A stretch of DNA of 64,000 nt. Origin: an uncultured delta proteobacterium. GTDB taxonomy: Bacteria; Desulfobacterota; Binatia; UBA9968. The position numbers and the translations under genes were made by a program. The stretch is taken from the NCBI GenBank assembly GCA_963745035.1, contig CAVUVW010000014.1, positions 512,001 to 576,000 of the forward strand, read 5' to 3'. The notes beneath the pieces were generated by a model. The model did no database searches. It was not told where the DNA came from and saw only the letters and a program-made list of their open reading frames with translations. Shown here one piece after another: positions 20,605 to 31,558 of the stretch; within the stretch, counting starts at the first letter, position 1, and each line of letters starts with the position of its first letter.

Positions 20605-21609
20605 ATGCACGAAGCCACCGGCGTGAAGGCCGTATCGGAAGCATGCAAAGAGCCTCGAACTCCTCCCTTCCCAGGCATGGTCTGGATCCCGGGCGGCACC
20701 TTTCTCATGGGATCTGACAAGCACTATCCCGAAGAAGCGCCCGCGCACGAAGTGACCGTCGATGGCTTTTGGATGGATGCGCACACGGTGACCAACGAAG
20801 AATTTCGCAAGTTCGTCGAAGCCACCAAGCACGTAACATCCGCCGAGCGACCGCCGAATCCCGACGATTATCCCGGAGCGAAACCGGAACTCCTCGTGCC
20901 AGCTTCGGTCGTCTTTCAAAAACCGAAACAACGAGTCGATCTGCGCGACTGCTATCAATGGTGGACCTATGTTCCCGGCGCCAACTGGCGTCATCCCGAA
21001 GGACCGGCCAGTTCGCTAAAGGGCAAAGCGAAACATCCGGTGGTGCAACTCGCCTACGAGGACGTGGAAGCCTACGCCAAATGGATCGGCAAGGAGCTAC
21101 CGACCGAAGCCGAATGGGAGTTCGCGGCGCGCGGCGGATTGGCCGGCGCTGAATTTGTTTGGGGCGGTGAATTCACTCCGGGCGGCAAATATATGGCGAA
21201 CAGTTGGCAGGGAGAGTTTCCCTGGCAGAATCTCAAGACCGACGGATTCGAAGGAATCGCGCCGGCGGGCAGTTTTCCGCCGAACGGCTACGGGCTCTAC
21301 GACATGGCCGGCAATGTTTGGGAATGGACCACGGACTGGTATCAGGAACACGGCAAGGTCACGCATTCCTGCTGCGGAGCCATCAATCCCCGGGGTCCGG
21401 AACGAGACCAGAGCTACGACCCCAACACGCCTGACATCAAGATCCCGCGCAAAGTGATGAAAGGCGGATCGTATCTTTGCGCGCCGAACTATTGCCGTCG
21501 CTATCGGCCGGCGGCGCGGATGGCGCAGCCGGTCGATACCTCGACCTGCCATCTCGGCTTTCGCTGCATCGTACGGAGGCCGGCACCGACGGAAGGGTCG
21601 CAAGGCTGA
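20605..21609 (+). CDS. Formylglycine-generating enzyme (sulfatase-modifying factor, SUMF1 family)
   Basis: LPTEAEWEFAARGG, YGLYDMAGNVWEW, catalytic GGSYLCAPNYCRRYRPAAR, GFRC. Confidence 0.92.
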   Translation: MHEATGVKAVSEACKEPRTPPFPGMVWIPGGTFLMGSDKHYPEEAPAHEVTVDGFWMDAHTVTNEEFRKFVEATKHVTSAERPPNPDDYPGAKPELLVPASVVFQKPKQRVDLRDCYQWWTYVPGANWRHPEGPASSLKGKAKHPVVQLAYEDVEAYAKWIGKELPTEAEWEFAARGGLAGAEFVWGGEFTPGGKYMANSWQGEFPWQNLKTDGFEGIAPAGSFPPNGYGLYDMAGNVWEWTTDWYQEHGKVTHSCCGAINPRGPERDQSYDPNTPDIKIPRKVMKGGSYLCAPNYCRRYRPAARMAQPVDTSTCHLGFRCIVRRPAPTEGSQG

Positions 21610-21756
21610 TATCGGTTGATCTCGCGTTTATCCAAAACATTTTATTCGTCGCCTGGTAACGCGGCTTTTTGTCGGGAAACGCAAAATTATAAAGAGCGTG
21701 AATCACTAACGTTGGGCCTATTTAGCAACCTCGAAACATAACGCTAAGGAGGGCGC

Positions 21757-21984
21757 ATGGCACAGCAAGAAACAAAGAAACCGAATATTTTGGTGATCTG
21801 GGGCGATGACATAGGGCAGTCGAATTTGAGTTGTTTCACCAAGGGCATGATGGGGTACCGCACGCCCAACATCGACCGAATCGCCAACGAGGGAATGGTC
21901 TTTACCGACTATTACGCCGAACAGAGTTGTACGGCCGGCCGCGCCGCTTTCATCAAGCCTTTCGGACAATGCGCCCGTCTGTGA
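21757..21984 (+). pseudogene. Truncated arylsulfatase (N-terminal ~67 aa only)
   Basis: [13 protein letters not shown]...[11 protein letters not shown]...[12 protein letters not shown], then divergence and stop. Confidence 0.85.
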
Positions 21985-22116
21985 TGAGCCGGCCCGATTG
22001 CCAGGCAAAAGTCTCAGTAGAGTTCTCGGCTTCAAATTTTTCTTGCTTTGGTCGAACGTATCGTTAGACGGCGGCGCGGTACAGGCCAAGATTCATGATC
22101 GACAGCGTTCGGCCCG

Positions 22117-23019
22117 GTGCGCACAGAGGCAATTCATCCGAGTTCGGGAATTCCCATGGGAGATGCACCCTTTTACGTCAAAGTCCTCATGTATGTTTTC
22201 GTCGTGGTCTACATGATTTCGGTCATGCTGGAGACCACGCGGGGCGAGCTCGTGACGATGCTTCAGGATCGGCGCAAAATGGGGCGAGGTCTGCTGGCAA
22301 ACCTGATCATCGTTCCCATCGTGGGCTTTATTCTCGTCCGACTGCTGAACCTGGCGCCCGACATCAGAATCGGCATCATGATGTTGGCAATCTCTCCAGG
22401 CGGGTTGTTAGCCTTGCAATTTGCCCGCATCTCCAAGGGCGATCGCGTTTTTGCAGTTGCGCTGGTGATCGTTCTCACGATCCTGGCGATCTTGATTATG
22501 CCCTTGTTGGCCGATTGGCTTTTTCCCAGGACGGAAGGCCGGCCGTTTATCCAGATCGTCCTGCTATTTTTGCTGCTGGTGGTGGCGCCGCTCTTGGTGG
22601 GGCGGGCTCTGCAAAAGCGATTTCCGGAAGTCGCGCCGAAACTGGGCCGCTGGTTGGGCTTACTCTCGATCCTGATTTTCATCGCGGCGGCGCTGCTGAG
22701 CGGCAGGTTCAAGACGCCCGCGATCAAGGCCCTGGATGCCAACGGGATCGCGGCGATCGTGGTGCTGACCGTGCTTTGTTGGGCCGTCGGCTGGATGCTG
22801 GGAGGCCCGGAGATCAGATACCGAAAAGTCCTCGCCATCAGTACGGCCATGCGCAATTTCGGAATCTGTGTTCCGGTCGCACTTCATTATTTTCCCGGCA
22901 CCGAAGTGATCGCGCCGATCATGGCCTTTAGCGGCATCTCGATTCCCATGAATATGGTTTTCGCGCTGATCACCGGCAAGATGCTGCGTGATCCGCCGGA
23001 CAGCACCGGATCAAGTTAA
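22117..23019 (+). CDS. Bile acid:sodium symporter (SBF) family transporter
   Basis: About 9 TM segments; LLANLIIVP, SPGG, AMRNFGI motifs; start may be 22156. Confidence 0.8.
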   Translation: MRTEAIHPSSGIPMGDAPFYVKVLMYVFVVVYMISVMLETTRGELVTMLQDRRKMGRGLLANLIIVPIVGFILVRLLNLAPDIRIGIMMLAISPGGLLALQFARISKGDRVFAVALVIVLTILAILIMPLLADWLFPRTEGRPFIQIVLLFLLLVVAPLLVGRALQKRFPEVAPKLGRWLGLLSILIFIAAALLSGRFKTPAIKALDANGIAAIVVLTVLCWAVGWMLGGPEIRYRKVLAISTAMRNFGICVPVALHYFPGTEVIAPIMAFSGISIPMNMVFALITGKMLRDPPDSTGSS

Positions 23020-23215
23020 GCAAGCACGAGCGGCTCGATCAATCTAAGGGATTCCGAAGCAGGAAATCAGGCGAACTAGGATGGAGAACTTGCCACGTTT
23101 TAAATTACGTTCTGTTCAGCAACACCCTTCTCCAGTTTGCCGGCTGGCAAAATTATATAGCAGCGGCGGTCCAATCGCGGCGCTATGCGCATACCGGCAG
23201 AGTTGAAGCGAAGCA

Positions 23216-23614
23216 ATGGAGCAAGCCGTTATCGAAAGACAAGTGAGCGCGCTCACCCAATGGGTGGAATATGCCGCGGTGGCCATCGAGCTGCTCGCCG
23301 TAGCAATCATCGTTGTGGTGATTCTCGTAGCTACGGTTCTGTATTTGTTGCGCATCGTGACCGCCCGGGCGGATGGGGACACTTACAAGCAATATCGGCA
23401 TGGCGTGGCGCGCGCGCTTTTGCTCGGGCTGGAAATACTGGTGGCCGCCGATGTGATCCGCACGGTGGCTCTGGCGCCGTCGCTGCAAAATGTGCTCGTG
23501 CTCGGGCTGTTGGTCTTGATCCGCACCTTCCTGGGCTGGTCGCTGGTGGTCGAGATCGAAGAGCGTTGGCCCTGGCAGCCCGCGCGGCGCAACGAACCTG
23601 GCGGCGTTAGCTGA
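23216..23614 (+). CDS. DUF1622 family membrane protein
   Basis: LLLGLEILVAADVIRTV...IRTFLGWSLVVEIEERWPWQ. Confidence 0.85.
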   Translation: MEQAVIERQVSALTQWVEYAAVAIELLAVAIIVVVILVATVLYLLRIVTARADGDTYKQYRHGVARALLLGLEILVAADVIRTVALAPSLQNVLVLGLLVLIRTFLGWSLVVEIEERWPWQPARRNEPGGVS

Positions 23615-23691
23615 CTCATGCGAGCGGACAGAACATCCGCGAGCATTCGACGTTTGTCGGTGTCGTTTTCGAGATTGGCTGGGGGGGAACC

Positions 23692-24144
23692 GTGGAATTG
23701 AAGTCGATATTCGCTGGATTGACGTCGAGGATCGATTCGTTTTTTACCATCAGCGGCCAGCGTGAGGGGCCAGGTAGGGCGAAGCCCGATTTCAATACGC
23801 AGCTAGCCGTCGAACGGACCTTCCTCGCGCACGAACGGACGCTGATGGCATGGATCAGGACGGCGACTTCTCTGATCTCTTTCGGTTTTACTATTTACAA
23901 ATTTTTCCAATTGGAAGCGAAAGGCCGCGTGCCTATTTCGCAGGTTATCGGACCCCGTTCCTTCGCTTCCATCATGATTCTTATGGGGCTGTTCGCGCTG
24001 GTAATCGCGACCATACAGCATCGCGCCAACGTTCGGCGCCAAAGAAGCTACGGAGTGCCGCAGCGAACGCTGGTGGGATGGGTGGCTGCCCTCATCTCAG
24101 CGTTGGGGATACTGGCGATGGTCAGCGTAATCCTGGAACTGTAA
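23692..24144 (+). CDS. DUF202/YidH family membrane protein
   Basis: LAVERTFLAHERTLMAWIRTATSLISFGF. Confidence 0.85.
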   Translation: MELKSIFAGLTSRIDSFFTISGQREGPGRAKPDFNTQLAVERTFLAHERTLMAWIRTATSLISFGFTIYKFFQLEAKGRVPISQVIGPRSFASIMILMGLFALVIATIQHRANVRRQRSYGVPQRTLVGWVAALISALGILAMVSVILEL

Positions 24145-24234
24145 GCGGCCCCCGGCACAAGAGCTCCGGATATTTGCGAAACACGGCTCGGCGGCCGCCA
24201 TGCATTTTGACGGAGCCGCCGGTAAGCGGGTTTT

Positions 24235-25332
24235 ATGGGTGAAGACATCATTACTGCGCGAGACTATCGCTTTGTCACGCTCTGGGCCGTCGGCATAATC
24301 GTGTTTTTCGTGATCGCCGGGTATTTTGGGGTTCGGCAGTTACGCACGTACAAAATGCAGAGCATGGAGCGACGGCAGGCCTGGTTAGAGCAGGCTAGCG
24401 GCGCAGGCCGCGACCAAAAATCCGCTGCCATCACGCAAAAAGGCAATCCGGTCGAAGTGCGCGTTGGACTTTACGTCACGCACATCGGCGAGTTTTCCTT
24501 GAAGGAGGATAGTTGGGTTGCGCACTTCGACATCTGGTTCCGCTGGACCGGCAAGGCGGTGAGTCCGGGCGAGACGTTCTGGCTTGTCAACGGCGAGGTT
24601 CAGTCGCGTGAGAAACGAGAAGCCTATGTCGTCGGCGGCGAGCAGTACGAGCGCTACCATGTCAAAGCACGCATCAGCAATCATTTCGATCCCACCCGTT
24701 TTCCGTTCGCCGACGAGCCGCTCACCCTTGAAATCGAAGATACGATTCACTCCGCGGAGACCCTGCGCTTTGTCCCAGACACGCAAGACAGCGGAATCAG
24801 CCCGACGGCGATCCTGCGAGAGCTGAAAATCGCCCAGTCGCTTCTGACCGTCAGAGCCCAGGATTACGGATCGCGGGTTGGGGGCCGGCGTTCGGATTCC
24901 GCCTCACGCATTCATTCCCGGGTGGTTTTTGCCGCCCTGCTGAACCATCCGGGCGGTATGTTTCACCTCAAGATGTTCCAAGCGCTGTTCGTCGCTGCGG
25001 CGATTGCAATGCTGGCTTTCTTTATTAAACCCATCCATGTCGACCCGCGCTTCGGGCTGCCGGTCGGCGCCGCGTTCACCGCCGTTGCCAACATCATTGC
25101 GACCGGCGCGTTGCTGCCGCGAGCCGATGGTTTAGTGCTGGCCGACATGGTGAACTCGGTCGGCTTTGCGACGATCTTTCTCGCGCTGGTCCAATCCGCG
25201 ATCTCGCTGTACTTCTTCGATACGCTTGGCAAAGAAAAGTTGTCGCGGTTTTTCGATCACGTCTCCTTCCTGGTTTTCGTCGTGGGGTACGTTGTTGTCA
25301 ATATCGCGCTGCCTATGGCTGCGAGATCTTGA
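24235..25332 (+). CDS. Prokaryotic pentameric ligand-gated ion channel homolog (GLIC/ELIC-like)
   Basis: PVEVRVGLYVTHI...FDIWFRW beta strands, Pro-loop FDPTRFPFADEPLTLEIE, four C-terminal TM helices; N-terminal membrane anchor. Confidence 0.65.
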   Translation: MGEDIITARDYRFVTLWAVGIIVFFVIAGYFGVRQLRTYKMQSMERRQAWLEQASGAGRDQKSAAITQKGNPVEVRVGLYVTHIGEFSLKEDSWVAHFDIWFRWTGKAVSPGETFWLVNGEVQSREKREAYVVGGEQYERYHVKARISNHFDPTRFPFADEPLTLEIEDTIHSAETLRFVPDTQDSGISPTAILRELKIAQSLLTVRAQDYGSRVGGRRSDSASRIHSRVVFAALLNHPGGMFHLKMFQALFVAAAIAMLAFFIKPIHVDPRFGLPVGAAFTAVANIIATGALLPRADGLVLADMVNSVGFATIFLALVQSAISLYFFDTLGKEKLSRFFDHVSFLVFVVGYVVVNIALPMAARS

Positions 25333-25501
25333 GTTTGCAATGTTGGCGAAAGGGCGAACGTGAGCCGTACTAAGACTCGAAAGAGGGAATAAAGCAAAGG
25401 AGGTAGCATTCAGCAAAAACAGGAGGGCAGGTTGAAGGCGCTCTGCCCAGCGCCCCGGGCGCGGTAAGCAAAGGAAAAACGCAGTTATTAAGGAGGGAAA
25501 A

Positions 25502-27058
25502 ATGGCACAGCAAGAAAATAAAAAACCAAATATCCTGGTCATCTGGGGCGATGACATAGGCATCTCCAACCTGAGTTGTTATTCGCACGGCTTGATGGGT
25601 TACCAGACGCCCAATATCGATCGCCTTGCAAAGGAAGGCATGATGTTCACCGACTCCTACGGCGAGCAATCCTGCACCGCGGGCCGCTCGTCTTTCATCA
25701 CCGGGCAGAGCGTCTACCGCACCGGGCTGTCCAAGGTCGGGCTGCCCGGCGCGCCGATCGGCATGTCGGACAAGCTGGTGACGATCGCGGGGCTGCTGAA
25801 GGAGCAGGGCTACGCCACCGGCCAGTTCGGCAAGAACCACCTCGGCGACTTGAACCACATGCTGCCGACCAACCACGGCTTCGACGAGTTCTTCGGCAAT
25901 CTGTACCACCTCAACGCCGAGGAGGAGCCGGAGATGGAGGACTACCCCCGGAGAAGGACTTTCCAAACTTCCGCAAGAATTTCGGGCCGCGCGGCGTGAT
26001 CCATTCCTGGGCCACCGATAAGGACGACCAGACCGTGATGCCGCGTTGGGGCAAGGTCGGCAAGCAGAAGATCGAGGACACCGGCCCGCTCAATCGCAAG
26101 CGCATGGAGACCTGCGACGACGAGTTCGTCGCAGCCGCCAAGGATTTCATCAAGCAGCAGGAGAAGGCCGGCAAGCCCTGGTTCGTGTGGCTCAACACCA
26201 CGCACATGCACGCCTACACGCACACCAAGAAGACGAGCCGCGGCCAGGCAGGTCGCTGGCAATCGGCCTACCACGACACGATGATCGACCACGACAAGAA
26301 CGTGGGCCAGATGCTCGACTTCCTCGACGAGATGGGGCTGGCTGACGACACTTTCGTCCAGTACTCGCACCGACAACGGGCCGCACCGCAACACCTGGCC
26401 CGACGCCGGCACCACGCCGTTCCGCAGCGAGAAGAACACCAACTGGGAAGGCGCGTTCCGCGTCCCGCTGATCGTGCGCTGGCCGCGGCAGGATCGAGGC
26501 CGGCTCGATCAGCAACGAGATCGTCCAGCACCACGACTGGCTGCCGACTTTCCTCGCCGATGGCCGGTGCACCGGACGTGGTCGACAAGTTGAAGAAGGG
26601 CTACAAGGCGATCGGCCGCACCTACAAGAACCACATCGACGGCTACAACTTGCTGCCGTACCTGACCGGCAAGGAGAAGAAGAGCCCGCGCCAGCTGTTC
26701 TTCTACTTCAGCGACGACGGCGACGTGCTGGGGATCGCATGGACAACTGGAAGATCACTGTTCATGGAGCAGCGAACTGCCGGCGGGCTGGACGTCTGGA
26801 AGGATCCGTTCATGCGGCTGCGCGCCCCCAACATCTACAACCTGCGCACCGATCCCTACGAGTTCGGCAAGATCACGTCGAACACCTACAACGACTGGAT
26901 GTTCCAGCACGCCTACCTGATCTACGCGGTGCAGGCCGTCGCGGCGAAGTTCGCCGCGACGTTCAAGGAGTTTCCGGCGGTGCAGAAGCCGAACACGCTT
27001 CACCATCGACGACGCGATGGCCAAGATGTCCGAGGCAGCGGGCGGGGCGGGCCACTGA
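25502..27058 (+). pseudogene. Arylsulfatase (Cys-type), near full length with several frameshifts
   Basis: [36 protein letters not shown] spread over three frames; paralog of 58561; frameshifts may be sequencing errors. Confidence 0.85.
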
Positions 27059-27287
27059 GGAAATTGACCGACTTATCGAAACGGAGGAGAGATACTATGC
27101 AACCGAAATTACTTTCACAGGAAATACCCGTTTGTTCCTGAGTTACTGCCGCCACGCCCCCGATTCCTTGACGTTGTAAGGAAAATTGGATACCAAAAGT
27201 AGGGTTACCCTGATTTTCATGATTTGCGAAATTAAGTAAAAACTTCTGCTGTGCTGACGGGACCATGTATTCGGAAGGACGAACGTT

Positions 27288-28013
27288 ATGAACAAAAACA
27301 GACTGTGGATTTCGCTTCTTATCCTTGCTTTCTTTCTGAGTAGCTGCGCAGCAAGTTGGACGAGGCGCCAAACCGTTGCGGCTACTGCCGCCGGGGTTTG
27401 CGGTTTCATAGGCGCGGGTATAGCGGGAGGCGTAAACCACAATAACTGGGGCCACGAGCTCAGTGAGGGGCAAGCGATTCCCGCTGGTGCAATCACAGGC
27501 GCTTTGCTTTGCGGCGGACTAGCGTATCTACTGACGCCGGACCCGCCACCGCCCCCCCCGCCCCCACCACCGGAACCGAAGGCAAAGCCGGCTCCCCCGC
27601 CACCACCACCGGAACCGAAGGCAAAGCCGGCTCCCCCGCCACCACCGCCCGCACCGCCACCGGCGCCGAAGGTTGAACGGACGATCATCCTGGATGACGT
27701 GTTGTTCGATTTTGACAAGAGCACGCTCAAGCCCGAAACGACGCAGATTCTCGATCGGCTGATCGTGTTCATGACCGAGAACAAAGACAAGCGCGCAAAC
27801 CTTGCTGGTCACACCGACAGTGTCGGTAATGAAGCCTACAACCAGCGGCTGTCTGAACGGCGCGTGAATTCGGTGAGAGATTATGTTGTGCGCAAGGGCA
27901 TTGATAGCGGCCGAGTTTCTGGACAAGGTCTTGGTGAAAGTAAACCGATCGCTGAAAACAAGACTGTAGAAGGTCGAGCCAAGAATCGCAGGGTCGAAAT
28001 CAAAGTTAATTAG
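27288..28013 (+). CDS. OmpA-family lipoprotein with proline-rich linker
   Basis: Lipobox LSSC; VLFDFDKS, GHTDSVG, NQRLSERR, NRRVEI. Confidence 0.9.
   Translation: MNKNRLWISLLILAFFLSSCAASWTRRQTVAATAAGVCGFIGAGIAGGVNHNNWGHELSEGQAIPAGAITGALLCGGLAYLLTPDPPPPPPPPPPEPKAKPAPPPPPPEPKAKPAPPPPPPAPPPAPKVERTIILDDVLFDFDKSTLKPETTQILDRLIVFMTENKDKRANLAGHTDSVGNEAYNQRLSERRVNSVRDYVVRKGIDSGRVSGQGLGESKPIAENKTVEGRAKNRRVEIKVN
27564..27645 (+). repeat. 39-bp tandem duplication encoding PPPPEPKAKPAPP
   Basis: ccaccaccggaaccgaaggcaaagccggctcccccgcca occurs twice in tandem. Confidence 0.85.
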
Positions 28014-28499
28014 ACTCCCTAAGCAATTCCTGCTTCGAGCGTCGGGGCTGAGCGATCGCTTCAGCGATTGCCCCTCGGCGCTCGTTCGGTTGATCGTAAG
28101 CTTTCGCTAGCATCAGCCACGTAATGAGCTAAGGCTCGACGCATGTGCCGTGTTTGCGCACATCTCCAGTGCGCCGCACTACGCTGGCTTTAAGATTCCG
28201 CTAGTAATTGCCGCGACTCAATGTTCCGATCCATTCCACGCTGCTCTGAATCGAACCGAGCTCCGAATCGTCCTACGGCGATACGGCTTTTCGCCACAGG
28301 GAAGAACGGGTATATCCCGCTCGGGTTTTTTCCATTTTTATTTTTGTAAGGTGCTTGGACTGCCTTCGGCTTCAAGCGAAGCAAGGCGCACAGCGGAATC
28401 GAAGTGAAGACTCAAACCCATTGGTAGTTTAAAATGCGACCGATATAATCTCGTTGCCACTCTTTTTGTTCTCTGCAGTTTAAGCGTTGGCCTCGCGGT

Positions 28500-28858
28500 A
28501 GGCGCCGATCAGCCGACCAACGACACCTTGCCCAACTGGAATGAGGGTGCTGCGAAACAGCCATTGTTGCGTTCATTGGCAAAATAACGAAGCGGGGCTT
28601 GTCTGATTCGGCCGCCGGCCGATCGCCGCGTTCGGCAATTCCGACGGCGATCAGCAGATGCTGCAATACACCGCCGCCTGCAACGGCGCGCGATTCATGA
28701 TGATCGTGCACCATACCGACGCCGAGCGCGAATGGGCCTACGACCGCAAATCTCACATCGGCCGGCTCGATAAGGCGCTGGATGAGGCGAACGCGAAGGG
28801 CTGGACGGTGGTGGATATGAAAAGAGATTGGCGGCGTGTATTCCCGTTCGAGAAGTGA
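28500..28858 (+). pseudogene. HAD hydrolase remnant (paralog of 32845) with large internal deletion
   Basis: N-terminal LPNWNEGAAKQ joined to C-terminal FGNSDGDQQMLQYT...HHTDAEREWAYDR...DMKRDWRRVFPFEK. Confidence 0.8.
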
Positions 28859-28945
28859 AGGGCAGAGTCGGAAAAGAAAACAGAAGGTGGAAACGCTGGT
28901 CCGGGACGGAAAATGCCGGCGGCGGAAAATCGTTGACGTGTTGGT

Positions 28946-29383
28946 CTAAGTTTGAAGGGGATCGATAACCTGGAGAAACGGAAAGCGGTGAAAATCGGCA
29001 TCGCGAGTGCAAATCTGCCGGATTCCGTGCTCACGCATGAGGATGGCAGTATGCGCATCGTGGAGGAGATTGCCTGAGAGGTGAGGGATTTCTCTGATAA
29101 CCTGCTCCGCAACCATTGGGTGTTGTTGGGTCGGTACCAGAATGTCGAGGCCTGGCGAAGCAAGCAGCGCCTGGACGAAGTTCCACGCCTCAGTCACATT
29201 CCATGGTCGCCGCATTACCCGTGGGTGCGTTGTCACGCGGAGGAACTCATAAAGGATCGACCAGGTCGAATACCACGCGTCCGCGCGCCCTCGCTGGCGT
29301 TCCAACCAGCCGCGGCAGCCGGCGTGAAATGGCGAATCACCGTCAGCGGCGTACACGAGGATGTTCGTATCGACAACGAGCAC
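28946..29383 (-). CDS. vapC: VapC-family PIN-domain toxin
   Basis: VVDTNILVYA, EFLRVTTHPR, GNLLHDAHTAILM, TRDADFHRF. Confidence 0.9.
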   Translation of the reverse strand: MLVVDTNILVYAADGDSPFHAGCRGWLERQRGRADAWYSTWSILYEFLRVTTHPRVMRRPWNVTEAWNFVQALLASPGLDILVPTQQHPMVAEQVIREIPHLSGNLLHDAHTAILMREHGIRQICTRDADFHRFPFLQVIDPLQT

Positions 29384-29610
29384 TACCGCCCTTCCATGGC
29401 CTGGTAGAGAGCATCCCGATCCGTGACATCCACTAGCGTGCCCCCGCTGCGAAACGTCGGCAGGGGAGGAACATCATGCGATTTCTTCTGGGATCGGAAC
29501 AGACCGCGCAGAGCGGTCTCGACAAGCTCTGACATCGTGCGTTTCTGGCGCGCCGCCTCCCGCTTGAGTTGGGCCATGACCGTGTCATCGATATTGAGCG
29601 TCGTCTTCAT
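29383..29610 (-). CDS. vapB: VapB-type ribbon-helix-helix antitoxin
   Basis: MKTTLNIDDTVMAQLKREAARQKRTMSELVETALR; overlaps the toxin start by 1 nt. Confidence 0.85.
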   Translation of the reverse strand: MKTTLNIDDTVMAQLKREAARQKRTMSELVETALRGLFRSQKKSHDVPPLPTFRSGGTLVDVTDRDALYQAMEGR

Positions 29611-29624
29611 ATGGAAAACCATAT
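29609..29624. promoter_or_regulatory. Probable TA autoregulatory operator ATATGG-AAAA-CCATAT
   Basis: Perfect 6-bp inverted repeat abutting the antitoxin start codon; TACAGT -10-like hexamer on the minus strand at 29627-29632. Confidence 0.5.
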
Positions 29625-29944
29625 CAACTGTACAGCGATATTGCAAGTTGTACGTTCGATGAGCCTGTCCGCAATGAGGCAAGGCACGATGAAATTTGAA
29701 AGCCTACTCCCGCTCTTCCAGGGACTCAGGCTTTTCGAGCTACAAAATCAAGGAGTGCATCCTAGTCAATTCTATTGTTCCTAAGTTAAATGGCCTCGGG
29801 GTTTAGGCAAGATTTTCAAGAAACTCTGCCGCTTAATTATGCTATTATGCCCGGAGCAGCACGTTCGGGCTCGTAACTCTTTTGAAGGTTTAGCGCCATT
29901 GCGCGTACTGACTAGTCAGTCGGAGCTGAAGAATCGAACAGTCC

Positions 29945-30203
29945 CACGAGGCGAATCGGTCGCTCTTTGCCTTCGGCCTACAACGCCGGTCCGGGGCGCA
30001 TCGCGAGCATGCGTAAGGAGGCGGCCAAGCGCGGACTAGACCCGGACAAGTGGTTTAACAACGTTGAGATCGTTACGGCAGAAGGTCGGTATCGAACCGA
30101 CCACGACGTGCGCAACATCTATAAATACTACGTGGCAAGCCGATGCTCGATCTCGAAGAAACCCAGAAAGAGGCGCGCGAGGCGGTCAAGCAGGGGGGCT
30201 GAG
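29945..30203 (+). pseudogene. Degenerate duplicate of the MltF-like gene 3' end
   Basis: AYNAGPGRIASMRKEAAKRGLDPDKWFNNVEIVTAE nearly identical to 20030-20291, with indels. Confidence 0.85.
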
Positions 30204-30307
30204 GATTTCGGACTTGCCGAAAAGCAGACGGCAAGGCTTGGACAATTCAAGCGCGGAAACACTGGAACAGCTGTTATTTTGGAATTCCGAGAGGGTATAG
30301 TAGACAG

Positions 30308-31414
30308 ATGAAACCGATGATCTCGCTGGCGGCGACCACCGGTCTGATAGAAGCCATTAGCGCGGCCGGTGGAGATCCGGATCGAGTTTTAGCCGCCGTC
30401 GGTTTGAAGCGCTCGAGCCTCGACAAAGCCGACGGATTCATCCCTTGCGCTACTTTTGCACGGCTGTTGGAAGAAGCAGCCAAGGCCACTGGCGATCATT
30501 GTTTTGGATTGCATTTCGGCGAGCGGTTCAATCCTAAAGATATCGGCCCGCTGGCTTACGTGGCGTTGAATTCACCGACCATCGCCGTGGCTGATGAACA
30601 AATAGCGCGTTACTTAAAACTCTACAATCAAGCGGCGCAAGTGTCCGCGGCCGTCGAGGGAACGGGTGCTTACCTCCACTTCAAACTTACCGATCTGGAT
30701 ATACCGCACTCGCGCCAGGAGAATGAGTACAGCATGGTCCTCAGGCTGAATGCCGTTCGAATGATGGTGGGCAGCCAATGGGCGCCTCGCGAGGTTCGAT
30801 TCGTCCACGATAAACCGGAAAATATTTTAGAGCACGAGAGGGTTTTTTGTGCGCCCGTGCTGTTCCGCTTTCCCACGAATAATTTTCTGATTGATGCGGA
30901 CTTCCTGAACTCCCGCGTGCCGGCGGCTGATCCAGGACTCTACCGAATCATGAAACGTTACCTCGAGGATATTTTGGAGACGATGCCAGAGGAAGACGGC
31001 GTACTTATGAAGTTTCGCACCGCCATTGCCGAGGGTTTAAGGGAGGGAGAGCCGAGCCTTGCGCGCATTGCCAAGCGACTGGGCGTGGGGCCGCGCACGT
31101 TACAGCGACAACTTCGTGCGCACGAAATCAGATTTAAAAAGCTGGCCGACGACACACGCCGGCATTTTGCCTTGAATTATCTAAAAGACCCTAACAACAC
31201 GCTCACGCAAATCGCTTTTCTTCTGGGGTATTCCGAAGCAAGCGCGTTTAATCGTGCGTTCAAGCGCTGGACCGGCCTGACGCCGCAGATTTATCGTTCG
31301 CAAGCGACGGGCGAGCGCGGCGCGGACGATTCTACCGATCGTCAATTAAAACCACATTCTCCCAGGCGCAGCCGATTTGGACTGGGCCCGCTGCAAAGCT
31401 TGTTCTCACCGTAA
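30308..31414 (+). CDS. AraC-family transcriptional regulator (OruR/Arabinose_bd_2 type)
   Basis: FGLHFGE...GPLAYVALNSPT; HTH IAKRLGVGPRTLQRQL and IAFLLGYSEASAFNRAFKRWTG. Confidence 0.92.
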   Translation: MKPMISLAATTGLIEAISAAGGDPDRVLAAVGLKRSSLDKADGFIPCATFARLLEEAAKATGDHCFGLHFGERFNPKDIGPLAYVALNSPTIAVADEQIARYLKLYNQAAQVSAAVEGTGAYLHFKLTDLDIPHSRQENEYSMVLRLNAVRMMVGSQWAPREVRFVHDKPENILEHERVFCAPVLFRFPTNNFLIDADFLNSRVPAADPGLYRIMKRYLEDILETMPEEDGVLMKFRTAIAEGLREGEPSLARIAKRLGVGPRTLQRQLRAHEIRFKKLADDTRRHFALNYLKDPNNTLTQIAFLLGYSEASAFNRAFKRWTGLTPQIYRSQATGERGADDSTDRQLKPHSPRRSRFGLGPLQSLFSP

Positions 31415-31538
31415 AACCCACTGCTGGATCATTTGGGGTGTCTGTCGGCCCGGTGTCCATCCTCCAACAGCTGGCCCGACGGCGGCAACCAGCGCCCCGG
31501 CACGGCCGGCAGCGACGGTGAGGACTGCCCTCTCCCAA

Positions 31539-31558
31539 AGTTGGACCAAAGTCCAATA
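31539..31558 (+). promoter_or_regulatory. Dyad operator copy 3: AGTTGGAC-CAAA-GTCCAATA
   Basis: Same motif; TGA-TAAAAG at 31577-31585; downstream flank resembles copy 2. Confidence 0.8.
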
